Source: Heteronotia binoei (lineage: Eukaryota). From it: a stretch of 64,000 bases of DNA. Location of the stretch: assembly GCF_032191835.1 (NCBI RefSeq), contig NC_083237.1, positions 39,990,001 through 40,054,000 of the forward strand, given 5' to 3'. The notes below the pieces were generated by a model. That model was not told the origin of the DNA and searched no databases. It worked only from the letters and a program-made list of their open reading frames with translations. Below, in pieces: positions 36,401-47,673 of the stretch. Both the position numbers and the translations under genes were made by a program. Position 1 is the first letter of the stretch. The number at the start of each line of letters is the position of its first letter.

Positions 36401-37324
36401 CTTGGGTCGCGGTGCCCTGGGAAGGGAAATCCCCTTGCCGATTTTTGACGGTGTGCTGCTGAAAGCGGCACATAGGGTCAAGAGCTTGGGGGTTCTTCTG
36501 GAGCCTTCACTATCAATGGAGGCACAGATAGCGGCCGCTGCCAAGTCTGCGTTCTTTCATCTCCGACGGGCGAAGCAGTTGGCCCCCTTCCTAGAGCGCC
36601 GTGACCTAGCAACGGTGATCCATGCTACGGTCACCTCGAGACTGGATTACTGCAATGCTCTCTACATGGGGCTGCCCCTGTGCCGAACTCGGCGGCTGCA
36701 GCTGGTGCAGAACGCGGCGGCTAGGCTGTTGTTGGGACTCCCAAGATGGGAGCACATACAGCCGGGGCTGCGCGAACTGCACTGGCTGCCAGTGGGATAC
36801 CGAGTTCGTTACAAGGTGCTGGTTATCACCTTTAAAGCCCTATATGGCCGAGGACCTGCCTACCTGAAGGACCATCTCTCCCCATATGAGCCCCAAAGAG
36901 CATTGCGGTCGGCTGGAAAAAACCAGCTGACCGTCCCTGGGCCAAGGGAGGCCAGATTGAAGGCCACCCGAGATAGGGCCTTCTCTATTGCTGCTCCACT
37001 GCAGTGGAATCAACTCCCGGTAGAGGTGCGGGCCCTGCGGAGTTTGGAACAGTTCCGCAGGGCCTGTAAGACCCACCTCTATAAACTAGCCTTCAACCAA
37101 TGATAAACTAGGAAATGCCTCTAAAAAATTGCTCTTGGTTACTGAATTTTATGGAATTATTGAAGATCGAATGTTTTAGCACCATTGTAATTTGTAAATT
37201 TTAACTTGTAATTTGTCTTAACTTGGATTTTATTTGCAATTTATGTAATCTGATGTATAATGTATTTTATGTTGTAAGCCGCCCTGAGCCTGCTTTGGCG
37301 GGGAGGGCGGGATAGAAATTAAAA

Positions 37325-37403
<79 letters not shown>

Positions 37404-38927
37404 TGCCCTCTGGTTACCTACTGGCGGGTAGGGGGCTTTTTTGGGGTTGTATTGTTGTTTATGCTGACTGCTGTTTGTCTTTTCAGATGCTGGGCTCGTG
37501 GTGAGTGACGCGGTTCTCATCTGCGGGCACAGCTCGGTTTCCAGTTTTCCCATTTTGCCACACGGTCTCCGGGGGGCACCCAGCCTGGCCTCAGTGCGGG
37601 GCTACCGCTGGCCTGGGATCCCGCCCCTGCTGTTCTAGTAGGCTGACTGGTGTCGGCCAGATGGTGTTTCCGAGTTGGGCAACCGGGCCTTTTAGTGGCT
37701 AGGGCAGGGGGTTTCGGTTGGCTCTGGGCCACCCGGTGGGGCGCTAATGCCTAAGCAGAGGCTTGGCATTGGCGGTGGCTGGAGGAGGTTTGGCCACAGG
37801 GTTTTCCAGGGGAGCACCTATGGCCTAGCACCATTGGTGCGGTGGTCTGCAGGAACCGTAGATGGGCTACACGGCTCAGTGCGGGGAATGCAGATCACAG
37901 GGAGCCTCACCTGGTTGGATCTTTCCATGGGGATCGATGCCAGCCCAGATGGTGATGGCTGTAGGCCTGGCCGCTCAGCTACAACCCGAATACGGCGGGC
38001 TTGTGCTGGGGGCAGGGTGGCTCGCCCTTTGGACAAGGCGGGGTCCAGGTGTTGACCCCAGGGCTTGTCTGGTTCAGGTTTCACCCCCTGCCAGTTACAG
38101 TGTTATGTGTTTAATAAAGCAGCCCGGTTTTAAACCCAATACCTGTGTCTGCCTCTTCATTCCGACTGGGGGGGCAATGTCTGGCCCCTCCCAGCCAAGC
38201 CGGCTTGCCGGCGCTCAGGCTGGGGGCCGCCTTTGCCGCCCCGGAAGGAGGGAGGGGCAGCATCACCCCACATACGGGTGTTCGTTGCAGGCGCGGAGCC
38301 GGGGCTATATAAGCCCCGGCCCCCGCACCCTCCGCACGCAGTTCCTTTGGCTCTCTGCCCGCCCACCCGTCCCTTTCGGTAGTACAGGCGTATGCCGGTC
38401 GCCTTATTGGGGGCCAGGTAGGAATTTTTTCATCTCCACACAATTGGCCATTGTGGGGGTGTTTTTTGCCTACCTTGTACTGCCGGTTAGTTTAGTTTTG
38501 TTATTGGTAATGGTTAAGGTCGCAGGCTGGAGGAGGTTTGGCCACAGGGTTTTCCAGGGGAGCACCTATGGCCTAGCACCATTGGTGCGGTGGTCTGCAG
38601 GAACCGTAGATGGGCTACACGGCTCAGTGCGGGGAATGCAGATCACAGGGAGCCTCACCTGGTTGGATCTTTCCATGGGGATCGATGCCAGCCCAGATGG
38701 TGATGGCTGTAGGCCTGGCCGCTCAGCTACAACCTGAATACGGCGGGCTTGTGCTGGGGGCAGGGTGGCTCGCCCTTTGGACAAGGCGGGGTCCAGGTGT
38801 TGACCCCAGGGCTTGTCTGGTTCAGGTTTCACCCCCTGCCAGTTACAGTGTTATGTGTTTAATAAAGCGGCCCGGTTTTAAACCCAATACCTGTTTCTGC
38901 CTCTTCATTCCGACTGGGGGGGCAATG
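33421..38927 (+). mobile_element. Ngaro-type element, copy 3: both termini complete, internally deleted, non-autonomous
   Basis: A1 33421-33601 = A2 38176-38356 (1 difference seen); B1 37777-38175 = B2 38525-38923 (3 differences seen); gag 34389-35902; RT/RH/YR deleted except GRWRSAAGRTY (35903-35934); SGNH remnant 37487-37700. Confidence 0.93.
35937..37397 (+). mobile_element. 5'-truncated L2-clade LINE inserted in the YR remnant of Ngaro-3
   Basis: LLDLSAAFD, VPQGAVLSP, YADDTQLY, LNPTKTE; open to stop 37103; (TTA)n tail from 37326; TSD-like ttatat. Confidence 0.92.
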
Positions 38928-39571
38928 ATTCAGGCCAGCAAAATTAATGCAAATAATTGTTTTTCTATTTGAAGTCATATGGGGAGAGACTAACCTGGCA
39001 CACACACGCACACACACATGGCCCAGGGCTTTTTTGTAGAAAAGGGCCAGCAGGAACTCAGTAGCATATTAGACCACATCCCCTAATATTAGCATATTAG
39101 GTCACACACTCATTAGCATATTAGGCCACACCATCAGGGATAATCAACTGCAAATGTTTACAATAAAAATCAAACAGCTAGTTTTCTTTTTGACTCTGTA
39201 GTAACATATTTGCTATCCCAATTACCAATTTAGGAATCTTCTTTATTGGCCATGTGTTTGATGTTTTCATAACAGTAATACATATTTATCAGATAAGTAT
39301 AAAATATTATTTTTTAAAAAAAGCTAAAATGCAATGTATTCCTATGACTATCATTATGTCCAGTTCACAGATGAATCAACAGCAGTATAAAGAGGATTTG
39401 GGAAACAACTTTTTTTTTTTGCTCTTACTCCATTCTATTATAGCTAAAAACTAAAGCTGAAAACTCAAGTATATAAATAAAACTGAAACTAATAAAGGAG
39501 CCTGCAATTGGTCTACCCTCTAGATTTTATTCCAGATGAGACTGATTTAATTACTCTCCATCTCCAACAAG

Positions 39572-40519
39572 TCACTTGAAAATCCCATACTTGTTTACAG
39601 CTCTCCTTAAAGCTTTTTTTATCTCTTTGTTTCTCAAACTATAGATAAGGGGATTAATTAGAGGAGTTAAGACTGTGTAGAAGACTGAGAAGATCTTGTC
39701 CACTTCTCTCATAGCTTCTTTCTGTGGTAACACATATACAAATATCAATGAACCATAGAATATGGAAACTACAATGAGGTGGGAAGAACAGGTGGAAAAG
39801 GCCTTTTTCCTCCCAGCTGAAGATGGGATTCGTATGATGGCGGCAATTATACAAATGTAAGACAGCAGGGTCAGAAGACAAGAAGGAACAGTATTTAAGA
39901 AAGATAATGTGAGGCCCACCAGTGTCACCAGAGTTGTGTCACTGCATGATAAATTAATCACTGGCGAGAAATCACAAAAGAAATGATTAATTTCAGGGGG
40001 GCCACAGTATTTCAGCTGTGATAGCAAACTTATCACTAAAGTCATAACTGTTATCCCCCAAAGCCAAGATACAGCTGACAACAGAAAGCAGAGTCTTTTG
40101 TTCATGAGAGCTGCATATTGGAGGGGCTTGCATATTGCCAAATAACGATCATAGGACATTGATGCTAGTAGGTAACATTCAGCAATCCCAAGTATGCCAA
40201 AAAAGTAAAACTGGGATAAACAGCCCCCAACAGAAATGGTTCTGTCTCCTGTCAGGAAACTGGTCAACATTCTAGGGAGAAGGGTTGAAGTGTAGAAGGT
40301 CTCCAAACAGGACAAGTTTCCAAGAAAGAAGTACATGGGGATGTGAAGGTGATGATCCGTGATTACTAACATGGTGATGATGATGTTTCCAGCCATGGTC
40401 ACACTGTAGATTATTAGGAAAATTAGGAAGAAAAGAATCTGAAATCCAGGAGCATTGCCAAATCCCAGAAGGATAAATGTAACTATTGCTGTTTTATTGT
40501 GTGTCTCCATATGCTCCAT
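39572..40519 (-). CDS. Olfactory receptor, class II (OR3), 315 aa
   Basis: Same OR motifs, intact. Confidence 0.96.
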   Translation of the reverse strand: MEHMETHNKTAIVTFILLGFGNAPGFQILFFLIFLIIYSVTMAGNIIITMLVITDHHLHIPMYFFLGNLSCLETFYTSTLLPRMLTSFLTGDRTISVGGCLSQFYFFGILGIAECYLLASMSYDRYLAICKPLQYAALMNKRLCFLLSAVSWLWGITVMTLVISLLSQLKYCGPPEINHFFCDFSPVINLSCSDTTLVTLVGLTLSFLNTVPSCLLTLLSYICIIAAIIRIPSSAGRKKAFSTCSSHLIVVSIFYGSLIFVYVLPQKEAMREVDKIFSVFYTVLTPLINPLIYSLRNKEIKKALRRAVNKYGIFK

Positions 40520-41088
40520 GGTTTGAATCACTGAAAATAAAATTTAAAAATCACAAGGTCTGCAAGTCCCAAAGCCTAGTGATTGTTATACCTAGTCTCC
40601 CAAGGTTAATGCTGAGATTTATAAAAAATGTTTCCCGTGTTTTATTTAGACATGTGAAAACTACCCAAAAACCATTTTTCTGTTATGAAGTTAATTCTGC
40701 AGATATTACCTCATGTAGTAGACCATCTCATTTTCTCCAATGGGGACAAAAAAAAATACTTAGATTTTTTCCCCTTTAACAACAGTCCCATGAGGTAGGT
40801 CAGGTTGTCAGTAGCCAACTGATTTTGTCCAAGCAAAGTCCAAGTCTGTAAGGGTTTGTGAGAGGAGTAGTATTTAAGCCTAGGAAGGCCACTTATCTAC
40901 AGCCATACAATCTATTTTACACAAAATAGCTATGTCCCATATTCTGGAAACAGCAGAACATGAGTTACTCAAATAGGCAGTCTCCTGATTTATTGGGCAA
41001 AATTAACTTTTAAGAAACAGAGGTGGGTAACTAGGATCCCAACCAATGTATACAAGGATTTTCTCTTAAAAAACTCTCAAAATAAAAC

Positions 41089-41734
41089 TGTCAGATGTTC
41101 AACTGGAAGTTGGGTTTATTGAAACATAATAAAAAGGAAAGGAACACACAAGCAGAACACACGAACTCATAACCTAGTCAAGAGGAAACTAAAGGGAGGA
41201 ATGGGGGAGATACAGTTTTGAGAGACAATATTTACCTGTCTAGACAAACAAGTCTGTGGAAGGAAGCTGCAAATATGCCAGCATTTCAAGAAGCGATGAG
41301 AGGAGACCCACACGCAAGTGGGGGTGTGAGGTTTGACATCGAGGACACACAGAGAGAGACTGCTAGTTTGGTGTTCTTGATATAGGAAAATTGTTCCTTA
41401 AAGCCATGCTAATGCAATGACTCCCAAAACAATACCTTGATGGATTTGTTTAGAGATAGAAAAAAAAAATGGTAGAAACTTGTTGAGATTTTCCGAGGTG
41501 GATGGAAACTCTAAATGTTTCTGGATGACTATATCTGGAGTGCTAATGGCTGCTTCACGACTGCGCTGGATGGTAAACTACCAGGTTTTTATGAATGGTG
41601 TTAAATGGTTGCAAATTAGGGTAAAAGGGTTAGGAGGAAGGTTAGTTTAGAGTTTTCCTGGGAGCCCAATTGTTCCTTAATCAAGCATCTCCTTAGGGGT
41701 GGGAAGAGGTTGTTGGTCAATCAAACACCTGACC
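41089..41734 (-). mobile_element. Probable solo LTR
   Basis: tgtcagatg...cacctgacc imperfect TIR, minus-strand AATAAA near the left end; no clean TSD. Confidence 0.4.
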
Positions 41735-43121
41735 TCAACTTCTAAAAAAAAAAAAAAAAAAGAAATGTTTTCCTAGGCCTGTCTCTGGTTTGACTTTTGC
41801 TGGCATCCATTTTGTGTAACATTTCAAGTCAAGCAATGTATTATAATTACGATTTCTGAAGGTGATATTCATATGAAGGGCATTCTCCTTTCTCTCTGAT
41901 GCTAACTACCCTGATGCGGGAGGAAGAGTCTAACTGCTAACACATGATACTCACTCCAAGTGTTCATAGAATTATTCTGAATAAAAAATAACGGAATAAT
42001 CACTTACATATTAAGCTAAATCACATGCAAGAGTACACCTTCCCCTTGCACACACCATTCATGCCATACCTTAGGGTACCTTGTCCTCCAGGAGCAGCAT
42101 TTCATGGAGATTAGTGGCCTGCATTGGGAGAGGGAGGCAAGAAAGTTTTATTCTTTTTTTTCAAAAATGTAGTCTAGATGCATACCAACATAACTTATTG
42201 AGTTGGATGCATCTAAGTTTTTATTCTACATCAGCCAAATTGCCCTTATCATTACAGTTCCCATGTACATGTGTCAAACTGGGCTTGAATTGGAATGTTG
42301 GCCATATTCACAGAGGCATAGATTCTCAACTACAAGCAATTTATATTGTAACAATAACATCATCTGTTCATCCACTGAATAAAGGACACTTCAGATGATG
42401 GAATGTTTTCCAGCCATATATATTTTCCCAGAATTAGTTTCTGAGAATTATACCATCTTTAAATAAGTCCTATGCTTAACAACAACAACAAAACCTTTTA
42501 CCATTAACCATCAACTGGCAGCAAAGAAGACTGGTTAAGAGATAAATCCATACAATTGTTGCACATTTGTCTAGCTGCCATGAAAAATGATTAACATTTC
42601 CTGAAAGAAACAATCATATCTTGCCACTTCAACAGTACAGTACACAGAAGAGGCTTTATATAAAAGAACAAAAGGGCGACTATAGAGACCATCCTCTTGA
42701 TACGTTAAAGAAGAACTTTCAGAACAATTAGCCAATTCCCTTTCTAAAGCATATGATGCAATACTCATTAAGGCTTCGAAATACTATAGTCTTTAATTTT
42801 GAAGAACTCTTGTTTAAAGAAATATATATGCTACCTCTCCAGAGACCTGCTCCAGTGAGTTCTCACAAGTGAAATGTCTTGATCAAAAGGAGATTCTTAT
42901 TTTTCCAGTTAATAAATATTCCTTCCTTCTTTTTCTTCTAATAAAAAACCCTAAATATCCAATGGCAACATATAATAACAGAAAAACAAATTCATTAACA
43001 AACTGAAAGAAATGTTTGGCAGTACATTAATGATGAAGAGAGTTTTGCCTCTTGAAAGCTCATAGCCCCTAAATATTGTTGTCCTCTAAGGTGCTAGAGG
43101 ACACAAATTGAGGTGCTAGAG

Positions 43122-43256
43122 CAAGGGTGGCCAACGGTAGCTCTCCAGATGTTTTTTGCCTACAACTCCTATCAGCCCCATCCATTGGCCATACTGGCTG
43201 GGGCTGATGAGAGTTGTAGGCAAAAACATCTGGAGAGCTACCGTTGGCCACCCCTG
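43122..43256. mobile_element. Palindromic hAT MITE
   Basis: Whole-length inverted repeat; 8-bp TSD tgctagag/tgctggag. Confidence 0.85.
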
Positions 43257-45825
43257 TGCTGGAGGACTGTAATACAGCCACCGTCCTGAAAGAATGTTAA
43301 TGAGTGGGAGGTTCCACTTTCAAAGATTTATACAAGAACAATCCCTTGTTTAACATATTTACATAATAACTCTTGATAACACTTCTGTGGTGAATGCATT
43401 TTTTTTTTGCATGCTCTTTTCCCCCTTGGCTCTGTCTCCATATACAGTATATATATGGGAGAGAATCCGGCCCCGCCCAGGCCGTGCCGCAAAGCCGGCT
43501 GCGGCCACGGGGCCGCGCTTTGCAGCCTCGAAGGAGGAAAGGCTGCTTCCCGGGCATCCGGGACCTTGGCGTGGGTGGAGGGCTGAGGCTATAAGTAGCC
43601 TCGGCCCCGCCTCTCCCCACGCAGTCCCAGGAGTTCAAACAGGAGTGATCAGAGGCACGTCTGCTGCCTCGATCGCTTTGGGACTGCGTCATCTCGGGCC
43701 TTCGGCGGCTTGGAGCTCCGTGTGCTGCCGGGGGGCTGTCTGTTGGCCCCAGGTGCCTGCCACCCTCGGCGGAAGAGCGGAGGCGGCGGCGGCGGTGTTC
43801 TTGGGCTGCTGGTCATCAGCGCGATCCAGGAGTGATCGCGTGGGAGGCTCTTCCTCGGCGTGCTGGCGAGGGTCCGTCCAGCGGGCTCCAGCGGTTGTTG
43901 CTGGGTTTGTTGAGGGTGAAGCAGGGCGCTAGGCGCTGCCGTCCACCCCCTCCCCTTGTTGTGGGTATTTGTTCCTTTTGCCCCTGGTGGTGCCTAAGGG
44001 CCTGGAGGCCCATTAAATCGGTAGTGCTGTGCCTGGGTGGTCTCGTTGGTAGGGCATTTTGTTGGGCTGGGGCTGGGGAGGAAGGGCAGGTGGAGTTTGG
44101 CTTGGGGGTGAGGGCCTATTAGGGGTGTGCTACAGCATACGCTGGGGCAACCCCCCTTTTTTCACCTTGTGCCAATTCATCCCCCCCATCCTCTTTTGGA
44201 GGCCTTAGTGACACTCCCACCCCCTCCCTGCTCAACTTCCGTTGGGCAATTGTTGGTTTTCCCGGGAGTGTGGATTTTTTGGCATGGCCCCCAAGAAAGG
44301 ACAGGGCCCTTCAAAGGGCAAACAGCCAGCTAAGGCTGTGCCCAAAAGAAGGAATCAGGACCCCCCAGGGGATGAACTGGATAGTACGGTGGTAAGACAG
44401 GCGATTCTGGATAGGATTGGGGTAATGGAAAGAGCGCAGGGGGCATCGGGGTCACAGGCGGTGTGGCAGGTGGCGCCACAGTGCTACTGGGCGATTGGGG
44501 ACAATTACTTTCGAAAGGGAGTTGCTGTCCAGGCTTTCTGTGCTGCAGGAAAACATGGCATCTACGTCAAGGGAGGACCGTGGTCAGGTGGTTGGTGCGG
44601 CCAAGGAAGCAGTGTAGCGTGAAGGGGACAGCGACCAGGATGATGTTGAAGAACTGCACCAGGCGGCGCAACCAGTGGCAGTGGCAGTGACGCCCTCATC
44701 GGATGAAGGTAGGGCAGCATTTACCCCCCCCCCCCAACAGGCAAACTGGCCATGGGGGGTGTGGGGCCCAGGGGCAACACAGCTGCCCAGGGATTCTGGC
44801 CAGGTGTCCACACCAGTGGAGACTGGGCAGTGGCCGCCCCCAGCCCAACCAGGACCATCTTGGGCATCGAGTGGGCTACCTCCAGGCCGGCCTCAATGTG
44901 TGCAGGTGGGGTGGGGTCAAGTGCCCCCATCCATGGGGGGCGATTGCTGCCCATGGGCCCCCTGAGATAGCCGGAACAGCTGGAGTTCTCCCATGGGGAA
45001 GCCAAATGCCATTGGCCCAACCATTCGGGTGGCCTGCTGTGAGTTGTTATCCGTGGGGTTATACGCCTAACCCCTATGGGTCTGTTCCCTTGTTATCCAT
45101 CCCGTTTGGAGACCCAACCATGCCTTTGGGGGACCACCTCACTCCTGCGACAAGGGAAAAGATCCTGAGGGGGGAATATGTGGATGTATTTAGTCTCCTC
45201 TACAGAGAGCTGGAGAAGAAAAGTAAAGATGAATTGGACAAAAAGGAAAAGCTTAGGCGCCGGAAGGTGGATAGGACCTGGGCTAACTGGCTTCCAGGTT
45301 TCCTTATATACACGGGGGTCATAGCTAGGGCGCAGCCTAATAGGGCTGCCCCCTTGTTTCAATACTGTGACATAATCTATAGGGTGTATACCGATTTCCC
45401 TGGTGTGGCCTGGTTACAGTATGATGAGACCTTCCGCATGAGGGCGGCGATTAACCCTTTGCTTCCATGGGACCAAATCAACCAACAGTTGTGGTTACAG
45501 CTAATGGCCCCAGCTAAGCCTAACCTGGGTGACAGGGCAGATAGTGGGCATTTGGTCCACAGGCAAACAGGTTTCTCAACAGCCCGCTCCACGGCGGGTC
45601 AGGGAATATGTTCCAGGAAATCATGCAAATTCAGACATGAATGCCCATTATGCGGTGGTCCCCACGCATTTTTGGCATGTAGTAAATCAAAGCTGAAGGG
45701 CAGACCCAAGCGCCCTGGAGGGGGCGGCAATTCACAGCCTTTGGGTAAAGGGTCCCACCCCCATTCGGCTGAGGGTTCTTGAGCGCTTCCTGGAGAATTA
45801 CCCTAGGGTAGCTGATAAAGTTTAT

Positions 45826-47022
45826 TTGTTAGAGGGATTTTCATTAGGTTTTCGGATTCCATATATGGGGCCAAGGGCTCCATCTATGGCATCCAATTTA
45901 CGTTCCACTGTTGGCATGGAGGAGGTTGTTAGGTCCAAAATCGCAAAGGAATGCGCGGAGGGGAGAATGTTAAGTCCTTTTAAGGCTCCGCCAGTGCCTT
46001 GTTTGAAAGTCTCCCCTTTAGGTGTTGTACCCAAGAAAGCCGTTGGTGAATTTAGGCTTATTCACCACCTGTCATATCCCTCCAGTGGTTCAGTGAATGA
46101 TGGCATTCCCAACCACCTTTGTTCCGTTCGTTATACATCGTTTGACCAGGCAGTCAAGGTTACGAGGAGGGCTTACGATCGCGCAGCCACACAGTTCCAG
46201 GTATTCCGTGACTCCGCGGGGCTGGGTGAGGTATGGCCCATCCCGGTGGCCCCTTTAATGCAATTTTGTGTGCTGCAGAAATCTAAGGGTTTGTCAGTTA
46301 AATACATTCGTGGCCAGTTGGCTGCGTTGGCGTTCATTAGTTGGGCACAAGGTTTTCCCGCCTCTGGGGAGGACTTCCAGGTTAAAAAGATGCTTGAGGG
46401 TTGGTCCAGAGAGCGCGCGTTGATGGCGGACCCAAGACAGCTTATTTCCCCTTCTATCCTTCATGGACTGGGCGGAGTTTGGCCCGCCATTTGTAGTTCT
46501 GATTATGAGGCCATTCTATTTCACGCAGCGGCACTCACGGCCTTTTTCGGTGCCCTGTGGGTCAGCGAGCTGGTCCAGTCGTCGCGTAATGACCCGGGTG
46601 ACAACGCATTGCAGAAAGGCGATGTGTCATTCAAAGGGAAAGAGGTCTTGCTTCTGGTACGCCGGTCTAAAACGGACCAACTAAGTAAGGGCACTACAAT
46701 TAGGCTGGGCCCTTGTGCTGAGCAAGGGCTATGCCCAGTGCAAGCCTTATCTGATTCTGTCAAGGTCCAGGGGGACACGCAAGGACCTTTTTTCCGGCAT
46801 GAGGGTGGTTCCCCCCTCACAAAATACCAGTTTTGGACAGTGACATCTCGAGCACTTGACAAGTTGGGTTTGGGCCAATTCAAATTCGGGACTCATTCCT
46901 TCAGGATTGGGGCTGCAGCGGCGGCAGCGGCCATGGGTTATCCTGGACCGGCCATCCAACGCATTGGACGATGGAGGTCTGTGGCTTATCGGACTTATGT
47001 GCGTCCGCTTTTGTTTCCCTAA
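45826..47022 (+). pseudogene. In-frame fusion of the RT N-terminus to the tyrosine recombinase
   Basis: ...YTSFDQAVKV|TRRAYDRAA... junction near 46161; YR has SKTDQ, THSFRIG, GRWRS, YRTY, but catalytic Arg is Trp (ALWVSEL). Confidence 0.85.
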
Positions 47023-47072
47023 GGGGGGGGGGTTCTTGTTGTTCGGAGTTTAACTGTGTTTTCTTGTTTCAG

Positions 47073-47673
47073 GTGCTGTGGCTCATCATGGGAGGCTGAG
47101 GATCCTCGTATGCGGGCACAGCATGATTTTTTGGGTGGCCCACTTTGCCAGAAGATCATCGGTTGGGTCTCAACTGGGGCTGAGCGAGTGGGCCGAGGTC
47201 GAATGGTTGGGGCAACGAGGGCTCAGGTGGCCTGGGCTGTTGCCATTGTTGTTTGGGAGGAGGGCCTGTCCCATGCCCGATATACTGGTCATTCACCTGG
47301 GTGGGAATGACCTGGGCCTGTTGAAGGGGAAGGCCCTCTCCTTGCAGGCAATCACGGACCTGAGGGTCATCGTGAGAAGGTGGCCCGGGGTCAGGATCAT
47401 TTGGTCCGCTATTTTGCCAAGGAGAGTCTGGCGGGCCGCTTGTAATCCGGCTGGGATTGAGCGGGCCAGAAGGAAGGCAAACCGGGCCCTGTGGTTGGCC
47501 CTGGAGGGGGGCTGGGTACCTTCCTCCCCCACCCTTGTATTAGGGTGGATAAGTTAGAGCTTTACCAGCCAGATGGAGTCCATCTGTCCGACATGGGAAA
47601 TCGGGCCTTTTTGTTTGACTTGCGGCAAGGTCTTCGGGAGGCTCTGGGCCTCCCGGGGGTCGCGAATGCCTAA
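47073..47673 (+). pseudogene. Ngaro-4 SGNH hydrolase ORF (frameshift near 47530)
   Basis: CGHS, GQRG, HLGGND, DGVH; acceptor-like ttaac..ttttcttgtttcAG (47071-47072). Confidence 0.88.

Noticed and set aside
35595-37103. 502-aa ORF as a host gene
   Set aside because: It is a chance-joined Ngaro gag/pol start, YR remnant and 5'-truncated L2 RT.
43030-43062. Third hammerhead-like motif (aTGATGA agag..ctctt GAAAGCTC)
   Set aside because: The first core C is lost and stem I is absent; it looks like an old Penelope-type remnant also eroded in the OR2 and OR4 units.
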